Shown here piece by piece: positions 32,248-46,640 of a stretch of DNA of 64,000 nucleotides (its first letter is position 1; every line of letters starts with the position of its first letter). The notes beneath the pieces were generated by a model. That model did not search any database. It was not told the origin of the DNA and worked only from the letters and a program-made list of their open reading frames with translations. The translations under genes and the position numbers were made by a program. Source of the stretch: Eledone cirrhosa (taxonomy: Eukaryota). The stretch is taken from positions 744,001-808,000 of the forward strand of contig OZ024754.1 in assembly GCA_964016885.1 (NCBI GenBank). Direction: 5' to 3'.

Positions 32248-35200
32248 TTCAAACCAGTTCCTGTACACAGCTAAGTATTCTATAAGTCTCTAGCTGTGTC
32301 ATTCTCGATAAAAGCACTGGATATGTAGTCCTGATGATTTCTAACGAGAATGAAACGCGTAGATTACTTCCCTTGCTTTTATCGAGAATCTAATTGTAAT
32401 ACGTGACGTATTCTATTCTATAGCGATTAGGTCTTCAAAATGTTTATTATAAACATACAGAATATTTTCGAATATTCTATGTCTATATTCACATATATAT
32501 CGCTATTTCAGAGCATTTATTCCAATTTCTAATTTCTGCCGGACCGGCAACCGCTCTTTCAAACCAGTTCCTGTACACAGCTAAGTATTCTATAAGTCTC
32601 TAGCTGTGTCATTCTCGATAAAAGCACTGGATATGTAGTCCTGATGATTTCTAACGAGAATGAAACGCGTAGATTACTTCCCTTGCTTTTATCGAGAATC
32701 TAATTGTAATACGTGACGTATTCTATTCTATAGCGATTAGGTCTTCAAAATGTTTATTATAAACATACAGAATATTTTCGAATATTCTATGTCTATATTC
32801 ACATATATATCGCTATTTCAGAGCATTTATTCCAATTTCTAATTTCTGCCGGACCGGCAACCGCTCTTTCAAACCAGTTCCTGTACACAGCTAAGTATTC
32901 TATAAGTCTCTAGCTGTGTCATTCTCGATAAAAGCACTGGATATGTAGTCCTGATGATTTCTAACGAGAATGAAACGCGTAGATTACTTCCCTTGCTTTT
33001 ATCGAGAATCTAATTGTAATACGTGACGTATTCTATTCTATAGCGATTAGGTCTTCAAAATGTTTATTATAAACATACAGAATATTTTCGAATATTCTAT
33101 GTCTATATTCACATATATATCGCTATTTCAGAGCATTTATTCCAATTTCTAATTTCTGCCGGACCGGCAACCGCTCTTTCAAACCAGTTCCTGTACACAG
33201 CTAAGTATTCTATAAGTCTCTAGCTGTGTCATTCTCGATAAAAGCACTGGATATGTAGTCCTGATGATTTCTAACGAGAATGAAACGCGTAGATTACTTC
33301 CCTTGCTTTTATCGAGAATCTAATTGTAATACGTGACGTATTCTATTCTATAGCGATTAGGTCTTCAAAATGTTTATTATAAACATACAGAATATTTTCG
33401 AATATTCTATGTCTATATTCACATATATATCGCTATTTCAGAGCATTTATTCCAATTTCTAATTTCTGCCGGACCGGCAACCGCTCTTTCAAACCAGTTC
33501 CTGTACACAGCTAAGTATTCTATAAGTCTCTAGCTGTGTCATTCTCGATAAAAGCACTGGATATGTAGTCCTGATGATTTCTAACGAGAATGAAACGCGT
33601 AGATTACTTCCCTTGCTTTTATCGAGAATCTAATTGTAATACGTGACGTATTCTATTCTATAGCGATTAGGTCTTCAAAATGTTTATTATAAACATACAG
33701 AATATTTTCGAATATTCTATGTCTATATTCACATATATATCGCTATTTCAGAGCATTTATTCCAATTTCTAATTTCTGCCGGACCGGCAACCGCTCTTTC
33801 AAACCAGTTCCTGTACACAGCTAAGTATTCTATAAGTCTCTAGCTGTGTCATTCTCGATAAAAGCACTGGATATGTAGTCCTGATGATTTCTAACGAGAA
33901 TGAAACGCGTAGATTACTTCCCTTGCTTTTATCGAGAATCTAATTGTAATACGTGACGTATTCTATTCTATAGCGATTAGGTCTTCAAAATGTTTATTAT
34001 AAACATACAGAATATTTTCGAATATTCTATGTCTATATTCACATATATATCGCTATTTCAGAGCATTTATTCCAATTTCTAATTTCTGCCGGACCGGCAA
34101 CCGCTCTTTCAAACCAGTTCCTGTACACAGCTAAGTATTCTATAAGTCTCTAGCTGTGTCATTCTCGATAAAAGCACTGGATATGTAGTCCTGATGATTT
34201 CTAACGAGAATGAAACGCGTAGATTACTTCCCTTGCTTTTATCGAGAATCTAATTGTAATACGTGACGTATTCTATTCTATAGCGATTAGGTCTTCAAAA
34301 TGTTTATTATAAACATACAGAATATTTTCGAATATTCTATGTCTATATTCACATATATATCGCTATTTCAGAGCATTTATTCCAATTTCTAATTTCTGCC
34401 GGACCGGCAACCGCTCTTTCAAACCAGTTCCTGTACACAGCTAAGTATTCTATAAGTCTCTAGCTGTGTCATTCTCGATAAAAGCACTGGATATGTAGTC
34501 CTGATGATTTCTAACGAGAATGAAACGCGTAGATTACTTCCCTTGCTTTTATCGAGAATCTAATTGTAATACGTGACGTATTCTATTCTATAGCGATTAG
34601 GTCTTCAAAATGTTTATTATAAACATACAGAATATTTTCGAATATTCTATGTCTATATTCACATATATATCGCTATTTCAGAGCATTTATTCCAATTTCT
34701 AATTTCTGCCGGACCGGCAACCGCTCTTTCAAACCAGTTCCTGTACACAGCTAAGTATTCTATAAGTCTCTAGCTGTGTCATTCTCGATAAAAGCACTGG
34801 ATATGTAGTCCTGATGATTTCTAACGAGAATGAAACGCGTAGATTACTTCCCTTGCTTTTATCGAGAATCTAATTGTAATACGTGACGTATTCTATTCTA
34901 TAGCGATTAGGTCTTCAAAATGTTTATTATAAACATACAGAATATTTTCGAATATTCTATGTCTATATTCACATATATATCGCTATTTCAGAGCATTTAT
35001 TCCAATTTCTAATTTCTGCCGGACCGGCAACCGCTCTTTCAAACCAGTTCCTGTACACAGCTAAGTATTCTATAAGTCTCTAGCTGTGTCATTCTCGATA
35101 AAAGCACTGGATATGTAGTCCTGATGATTTCTAACGAGAATGAAACGCGTAGATTACTTCCCTTGCTTTTATCGAGAATCTAATTGTAATACGTGACGTA

Positions 35201-35600
35201 TTCTATTCTATAGCGATTAGGTCTTCAAAATGTTTATTATAAACATACAGAATATTTTCGAATATTCTATGTCTATATTCACATATATATCGCTATTTCA
35301 GAGCATTTATTCCAATTTCTAATTTCTGCCGGACCGGCAACCGCTCTTTCAAACCAGTTCCTGTACACAGCTAAGTATTCTATAAGTCTCTAGCTGTGTC
35401 ATTCTCGATAAAAGCACTGGATATGTAGTCCTGATGATTTCTAACGAGAATGAAACGCGTAGATTACTTCCCTTGCTTTTATCGAGAATCTAATTGTAAT
35501 ACGTGACGTATTCTATTCTATAGCGATTAGGTCTTCAAAATGTTTATTATAAACATACAGAATATTTTCGAATATTCTATGTCTATATTCACATATATAT
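32248..35600 (+). repeat. Tandem array of ~10.8 x 310-bp units, each containing a hammerhead ribozyme (retrozyme-like)
   Basis: AAACCAGTTC recurs at 32251, 32561, 32871, 33181, 33491, 33801, 34111, 34421, 34731, 35041 and 35351. Copies look identical by eye. Confidence 0.97.
32301..32389 (+). ncRNA. Type I hammerhead ribozyme, first of 11 copies (others at +310 n, last at 35401-35489)
   Basis: GUAGUC(32325-30) CUGAUGA U-UUCU-AACG-AGAA-U GAAA CGCG UA GAUUAC(32362-67). A 16-bp perfect helix I extension pairs 32301-32316 with 32374-32389. Predicted cleavage after A32361. Confidence 0.92.
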
Positions 35601-35682
35601 ATATATATATATATACATATATATATACATATACATACATATATATATATATACATATATATATACATATATATATACATAT

Positions 35683-35723
<41 letters not shown>

Positions 35724-35758
35724 TATATACATACATATATATATACATATATACATAC

Positions 35759-35801
<43 letters not shown>

Positions 35802-35816
35802 TATATACATATATAC

Positions 35817-35851
<35 letters not shown>

Positions 35852-35876
35852 CATATATATATACATATATATATAC

Positions 35877-35907
<31 letters not shown>

Positions 35908-36062
35908 CATATATATATACATATATACATATATATATATATACATATATATATACATATATACATATATATATACATATATATATATACATATATATAT
36001 ATACATATATATATATACATATATATATACATATATACATATATATATACATATATATATAC

Positions 36063-36107
<45 letters not shown>

Positions 36108-36602
36108 TATATACATATATATATATATATACATATATATATACATATATATATATACATATATATATACATATATATATACATATATATATATATATAC
36201 ATATATATATACATATATATATACATATATATATATATACATATATATATACATATATATATATATACATATATACATATATATATATATACATATATAC
36301 ATATATATATATATACATATATACATATATATATACATATATATATATATACATATATATATACATATATACATATATATATACATATATATACATACAT
36401 ATAAACATATATATACACATATATACATATATATACACATATATACACATATATATATACATATATATATACATATATACATATATATACATACATATAT
36501 ACATACATATATATATATATATATACATACATATATACATACATATATATATATATATATACATACATATATACATACATATATATATATATATATACAT
36601 AC
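35601..36602. repeat. (TA)n/(TACA)n tract
   Basis: Direct reading. Confidence 0.95.
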
Positions 36603-38795
36603 ATGAGGACCAGAAACAGGAGGTATTCAAGATTGCGAGGCAGTGTGTCAGAGATAGTTGTGATGTCATTGGAGAGAAGTGTATCCGGAATGATAAAGGT
36701 GAGCTTGCCCTCACAAGTGCTGAGAAGAAAGATGCATGGAAGAGTCATTATGATAGATTACTAAATGAGGAGAATGCATGGGAAGAAGAGACCCTACCCC
36801 ACGTAGACCCTATAGAGGGACCAGCAGTACAAGTCAGCGGCAGCGTAGTAAGTAAGGCAATCAGAGATATGAAGATAGGGAAGGCAACCGGTCCATCGGG
36901 TATAGCTGCCGAGATGCTGAAGGCATCTGGGTCTGTAGGTCACACTATAACCACACGTATCGTTAACCAGGTAATACTAGAGGGGGCCATACCAAAAGAT
37001 TGGTGCAGTAGCATCATTGTCAACTGCTACAAAGGTAAAGGCGATGCACTAGATAGAGGAAACTATAGAGGTATAAAGTTGATGGACCAGGTCATGAAAG
37101 TAACAGAAAGAGTTATAGCACAGCTGATTAGGGACCGGGTGAATATAGACGAGATGCAATTTGGGTTTGTTCCAGGGAAAGGCACCACTGATGCGCTCTT
37201 CCTTGTGAGGCAATTACAGGAAAAGTACCTAGCTAAAAGTAAGCCACTCTACTTGGCATTTGTCGACCTTGAGAAAGCCTTTGACAGAGTTCCACGTGCA
37301 GTAATCTGGTGGGCTCTTAGAAAACTAGGAGTAGATGAATGGCTTGTGAAAGCGGTACAAGCCATGTATAGGGGAGCAGTCAGCAAAGTTAGGATTGGCA
37401 ATGAGTATAGCGAGGAATTTAGCGTACAGGTTGGGGTCCACCAGGGCTCTGTTCTTAGCCCTCTCCTGTTCATCATAGTCCTGCAGGCAATAACGGAGGA
37501 GTTTAAGACCGGATGCCCATGGGAACTCCTGTATGCTGATGACCTCGCACTCATAGCTGAATCTATGGTAGAACTAGAGAATAAATTCCAAACCTGGAAG
37601 CAGGGACTAGAGAGAAAGGGCCTCAAAGTCAACATGACAAAGACTAAGGTCCTTATAAGTAGACGAGAAAACAGAACCCAGATCCCCTCAGGGAAATGGC
37701 CTTGCTCAGTATGTAGGAAAGGTGTAGGTAGGAACTCCATTCTTTGCCCCAAATGCAAACAATGGGTACACAAGAGATGTAGCGGGATCTCAGGAAGCTT
37801 AATTAAGAATGTAGGATTCACATGCAGCAGCTGTGCTGAAACAGCAAGCAAACAGCCACAGGAAACAAGTACCACCAATCTCTGGGAGGGCCCTGTAGAA
37901 ACAGTAGACAGCTTCTGCTACCTAGGTGACCGAATTAGCAACGGAGGTGGGTGCTCAGAAAGTACAATAACTAGGGTAAGAACGGGATGGAAGAAGTTTA
38001 GGGAACTACTACCACTGCTAGCTGCAAAAGGCTTCTCCCTCAGAATGAAAGGCAGACTGTATGATGCGTGTATCCGAACAGCGATGTTGCATGGTAGTGA
38101 GACCTGGGCGCTGAAGGTGGAAGACTTACGTAGATTAGAGAGAAACGAAGCCTGCATGCTCCGATGGATGTGTAACAGTAATATACGTGAACGACAAAGC
38201 ATAAATGAATTGAGAGAGAGACTGAGCATAAGAGGAATCAAATGCTGCGTGCAGGAGAGGCGGTTACGCTGGTATGGACATGTGATGCGTATGAAGGATG
38301 ACAGCTGCATAAAAAGGTGCAGAGCACTAGAAGTTGATGGAAACCGCGGAGTGGGGAGACCCAAGATGACTTGGGATGAGGTGATAAAAGCCGACCTTAC
38401 CCAACTACACCTCTCAAAGTCAATGACACACGACCGTGACTTCTGGCGTCACGCAGTAATACAGGGTACCCGACCTCCCATGGGTACATGCTGAAGCATA
38501 TAAACAATATGCCCCCCCCCCACCGCAAGGTGGTCGTGGAGGTGCCACGGCAAAAAAGCACCCAGCCCACACTGTAAAGTGGACGTGTAGGCGCCACGAA
38601 AAAGCACCCAGCACTCACTGTAAATGAGGTTGGTGTTAGGAAGGGCATCCAGCTGTAGAAATCAAGCCAGATCAGTTCCTGTATGAGCAAGGCATGGTCA
38701 GCCGACCAGACACTGCCCACAACAGGACAACCCGTCTAACCCATGCTAGCGTGGAAGAACGGACGTAAAACGGTGATGATGATGATGATGATGAT
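36603..38795 (+). mobile_element. RTE LINE family A, 5'-truncated but uninterrupted ~630-codon RT-containing ORF plus 3' UTR
   Basis: Open frame to 38494 with all RT motifs ([34 protein letters not shown]). (GAT)n tail. Lacks the endonuclease part. Confidence 0.95.
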
Positions 38796-41750
<2,955 letters not shown>

Positions 41751-43008
41751 TAAATTCACCTGGTATATGTAAATTCAGTATATATATATACGCTGAGTTT
41801 ACATATACCAGGTACATTTGTTTCAATGTTCTACTGTTCTAATTAACTGACAATACAGGTAAGAAGGGGAAATTAGGTGATGAGAAAGTAAGCTGTTTTT
41901 CTTTTTAGGTATGGTAGAAAAATTTAAAAAAATAAAAAAGAATAAGAAATTTATAGTTGCTTGCGTCAGAAATGGTGAAATATCAAGAAAAACAGACAAG
42001 AAGGAAGACGAACGAGGAAGAGAGAGAGTGAGAGGTGGAAGGTCGGTTAAAATGTAATCTTTTAGTCAAACGTTGTTAGAATGCTGTAATATATATATAT
42101 TATAAGCATGTTCTGTATAGCTTACTTATAAGAAGATAGATGCAACAATCATCTCTGAAACTACATTGAATAAATAGGTGTAGTTTCTTATTTAAAATAA
42201 AATGCTATTCTATTTCTAGTCATTTTTTGTTATGTATATTTTATTTGTTATTAATTATTATTGTGTATATCTTTTTAAATGATATACTTCCTCTCAGCGA
42301 CAATATACTTATATGAAGAGAATTCTTTTTTTTTTCGGGCTTTCATAAACAGGAATGGTTTGAAAGGTGGACAAAGAATATATACACATATACAATAGAT
42401 ATATACACACATATATATATATATATATATAGGAAGGGAAAGTAGGGTCTAGATTACTGAAGGACAGACACAGCATGTAAATGATTAGGGGTGTCAAATA
42501 GCATAAATTTAGGGAGGAAAGATGCTTTGTTGTTTGATGTTAGTTTTTTTATGGTAACCTACAAATGTCTTACATATCAACTGTTCACAATCGAAATATA
42601 TTATTTCAGATAAATTATTACATATACACATATATAAGAATGAATTATATATATATATATATATATAATGGATGGATGTGCATGCGTTATAGGTTACGTG
42701 AGAGAGATGATAATGAAAGCTAAGGTTAAGGACAGTTTTTTTTTTACAGTTTTAGAGACGTCAACATTAAGATAGTTAATAACAATTATTATTGCCATAA
42801 TTATTATTTGGACGAAATAAACTTACCAAAAGTGACGACTGCCTTTCTGCTGACATTTAATTCACGAAGGCTAAGTCGGAAATACGTCACGATTATAGAA
42901 TCGACACTGGACGTCAAGTATGGAAGACCAGTTATATCACCAGCAGTTTATCAGTGAAAATATGAATATTCATATATGCTCGGATCCTTGACATGAATAT
43001 TTTAAGAG

Positions 43009-43055
<47 letters not shown>

Positions 43056-43159
43056 TTATTTCATAATATTAAATTGCATTGTTTATGATATTTATATTTA
43101 CAAAAATTAATGCTTAATTACAAATCAATACCTGACCTTATATAAAAGGGATTAGTTAT

Positions 43160-43375
43160 TCATTTCATTTCATTTCATTTCACGTCCGGTTTTCCCTGCT
43201 TGCAAGGGTTTGACTGGAACTGATTCTGGCTTGATTTCTACAGCTGGATGCCCTTCCTAACACCAACCTCATTTACAGTGAGTGCTGGGTGCTTTTTTTC
43301 CGTGGCGCCTACACGTCCACTTTACAGTGTGGGCTGTGTGCTTTTTTGCCGTGGCACCTCCACGACCACTTTGCA
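43160..43375 (-). mobile_element. RTE 3' UTR fragment (A-like body, C-like terminal hairpin), (AAATG)n tail
   Basis: Similar to 2905-3060. Terminal CCCTTGCAAGCAGGGAAAACCGGACGT. Confidence 0.75.
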
Positions 43376-43404
43376 GTGGAATGATAGGGACCCCAGTCCC
43401 TATC

Positions 43405-43525
43405 ATCTCATTTCTACAGCTGAGTAAACTGGAGCAATGTAAAATAAAGTGTCTTGCTCAAGGAAACAACACATCACCCAGTCTGAGAATTGAACTCACA
43501 ACCTTTCGATTGCAAGGCCAAAGCC
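43405..43525 (-). mobile_element. tRNA-derived SINE fragment
   Basis: Reverse complement resembles 10770-10858 (GAGTTCAATTC B box, TTGAGCAAGACACTT). Confidence 0.7.
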
Positions 43526-44470
43526 ATGTGCCTCCATATTAAATAATTAAATCTAATTTCTTTTTAATTAGCCTCTGTTAATTCAATGGAAATCAATATT
43601 CTCAAATAATATATTTTTGCCCCCCAAAATATTTTAAAAGTTGTGTGTGTGCTCGCCTAGGAAAAATATTCTTTCATTTTTTATCAAGGTTGGATTAGGA
43701 ACTTTAAAGTCTCTATGGTAGAATTCATCCCTCTCCAGGTCTGAATGCAGAGAAAGAGAGAAAAAAAGCGTGTGTGTGAGAGAGGGAGGAAGTGAGAAAG
43801 AGTTATAGAGAAAAAACTAGCCCCAGTACAGGACTGGTACTTTGTTTTTATTGAAAGTTGATCTCAACAAGAGTGCAGGAAGCCAGAAAGTATACCACAA
43901 AACATTCTACTCTATCCAACGTTCTAATTACTCTGCCAAATCACTGCCTGTTTAAATTATATAATCAATATTTATTCCACAACAAACTCTGATAAATACA
44001 GTCAATTACTACTTGACTATTCTATCAGTCTGATTGACCTTACTCAGAAAACCAGGAACCAATTCTATGGTTAAATAGATAAACTTCAGTTTATTAAAGA
44101 AAATCAGCAACCAATTTTATAGTTAAGTGGATAAACTACAGTTTATTAAAGATTTTTCATATTTCCATATTAGTTCTTTGAACTTGATTTATTTTTACAT
44201 GAAATGAATGGATTCAAAAAGGTTCTCAATAGATGTGTGAAAGTGACGTCCAAACAAGTATCTTCCACTACCAGCTAACTTACCCTCCATCTCTGGGTCC
44301 TGGCTGTCCTCCAGGGCAATGCTGGAACAGCCACTTCACCTAGATAAACTAAAGATATACAATAGAGTCTTGACCAGAAGCATAACAAACCACCCACTAC
44401 AGAATATTCTAGGGCTACATTACCAACGTCAAATTAAGTTTGTACAGGACCACTATTTTTTGGCAATAAC

Positions 44471-45290
44471 TCATCATCATCATTTTACATCTGCTTTTCC
44501 CTGCTTGCAAGGGTAGGACGGGTCCTATTCAGCACAGCTCTCCATTTGTCAGTCCTCTCCTCCGTGAGCTTGTGATCTGAGGTCAGCTCTCACCACTTCC
44601 ACCCATGTTTTTTGTGGTCTTCCTTCTACTGGGATTTCTTGGCACTTCTTTACCTAGCGGTCATCCTCCATGCTCATCACATGTCCATACCAATGCAGTC
44701 TTCTCTCCTGCATGCTACAGCTTATCCCTCTTACACAGTTTCTCTTTCAACTTGTCTATGCTTGGTCGTTCATGTACATCCAACGGAGCATGCTTGCTTC
44801 ATTTCTCTCCAGCTGGCACATATCCTTCACAGTTACTGCCTATATCTCACTACCATGCAGCATTGCACATCTCATACAAGCATCATATAACCAGCCTTTC
44901 GTTTGTAGGGAGAAACCCTTCTTTGTCAACAGAGAAAACAGCTCTCTAAACTTCTTCCAACTGATCCTTATTCTAGAGACTCTGACCTTGGAGCACCCTC
45001 CTCCCTTGTCAATCTGATCACCTAGGTATCGGAAGCTATCAACCACCTCTATAGATCCTAGCTGCATTTGAAAAATGTGTCTATCACTGACTTCTACTGT
45101 CAAATTTCCCTGTACATCTACTGCATATGTAGTTTTCCCTACCAGTTAGTTTGCCTGCTATCCCACTACATCTCTTCTGTACCCAAGATGTGCATTGTGT
45201 ACATTTTATAGAATTTATGTCTGGAGACAGAAGACCTGAAAGTTAAGAGAACCTGTGGTGGGTAACAAATACAGAGAAATCCCATTTGAC
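44471..45290 (-). mobile_element. Degraded RTE LINE (family C-like) 3' part
   Basis: FRYLGDQI...WKKFRELF...LYDAC...MLHGSE, (GAT)n tail. Confidence 0.8.
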
Positions 45291-45759
45291 ACCTTTGACA
45301 GTAAGGAAGAGATGGAGACATATAACATAGGGAAAAACCAGGGTTTCCCCTGAGACAACCTGCTGAAAGCCACAAACCAGGCCTGCAGCTGGAGCAAGGT
45401 CTCAGTAAGGTGGGTGGGGGTTGAAGTGGTGGTGGAACGATAAGGTAGATAGAGACAAAAACACAAGCCTGGAGGAGACAGAGAAAAATAGCAAATAGCT
45501 AGAAGAGAGGCCAGGTGCCAGGTATACCTAGTAAGGGCAGAGGCAGGAAAAAAAATGTTTTTCTCATGTTCTGTGTCGCAAAGATCAAAGGCAGTAAGTG
45601 TTTTGAATTGCAAGACAGTGTACTAGAGAAAATTGTGATGTGGTTAGGGAAAATTGCATTCAAAATGATAGTGGAGCACTTGCCTTTTCTGTTGTTGAAA
45701 AGAAGGAAGCATGAAAAAAAAATAAATGGGACAGCAAGGGCCTTACTCCATGTGAGGGA

Positions 45760-46640
45760 CCAGCTATAAAAGTTGACAGCAGTGTGATAGATAAAGCAAT
45801 TAAGGACATGAAGCCAGGGAGGGCAGCTGGGCCATCTGGTATAGTTGCTCAAATGCTAAAAGCATCTGGCATGGTAAGATATGCAGTAGTCAGATGCATA
45901 GTTAATCAAGTAGTACAGGAAGGGGTCATGCTTAATGAGTGGCACAGCAGTATTATTGTAAATTGAAATAAGGGCAAAGGAGATAGATTAGAGAGAGGTA
46001 ACTACAGAAGTATCAAGTTGATTGACTAGGTCATGAAAATTGATGAAAGGGTTATAGCACAACTAATTAGAAACAGAATCAAGTTAGATGAGATGCAGTT
46101 TCGATTTATGCCAGGCAGGAGTACTATTGATGCCCTCTTTATAGTGAGACAATTGCAGGAAAGGTATTTAGCTAAGACACAGCCACTGTATCCTGTCTTT
46201 TGTAGATATGGAAGCCTTTGACAGGGTCCCATGCTCTGTAATCTGGTGGGCATTTAGCTAAATACCTAAGTGTAGATGAATGGTTTATGAGCGCCGTGCA
46301 GGCTATGTATAAAGGAGCAGCCAGCAGGGTGAGGGTTGGAAGCGAGTACAGTTATGAATTTGAAGTGCAGGTGGGCATCCACTAGGGCTCAGTCCACTCC
46401 TGTTTATTATTGTTCTTCAGACCATCACTGAAGATTTAAAACTGGCATTCCATGGGAGCTTTTATATTCTGATACCTAGTCCTTATAGCTGAAGAGAGTT
46501 AGAGAGAAAATTTCAAACATGGAAGAACCTAGAGTTGAAAGGCCTAAAACTAAACTTAGCAAAGATGAAAGTGCTAGTAAATAGGAAAGAGGACAGGAGG
46601 GTGATACCATCAAGGACATGGCCTTTTTCAATGTGTCTGG
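45760..46640 (+). mobile_element. Degraded RTE LINE RT fragment
   Basis: [29 protein letters not shown], with many stops and frameshifts. Confidence 0.8.

Noticed and set aside
32248-35600. CRISPR-like array
   Set aside because: The units are identical over their full length with no unique spacers, there are no cas genes, and the context is eukaryotic.
35540-38494. 984-aa full-length protein or autonomous LINE
   Set aside because: The N-terminal third is microsatellite. The real RTE part starts at ~36603 and lacks the endonuclease and promoter.
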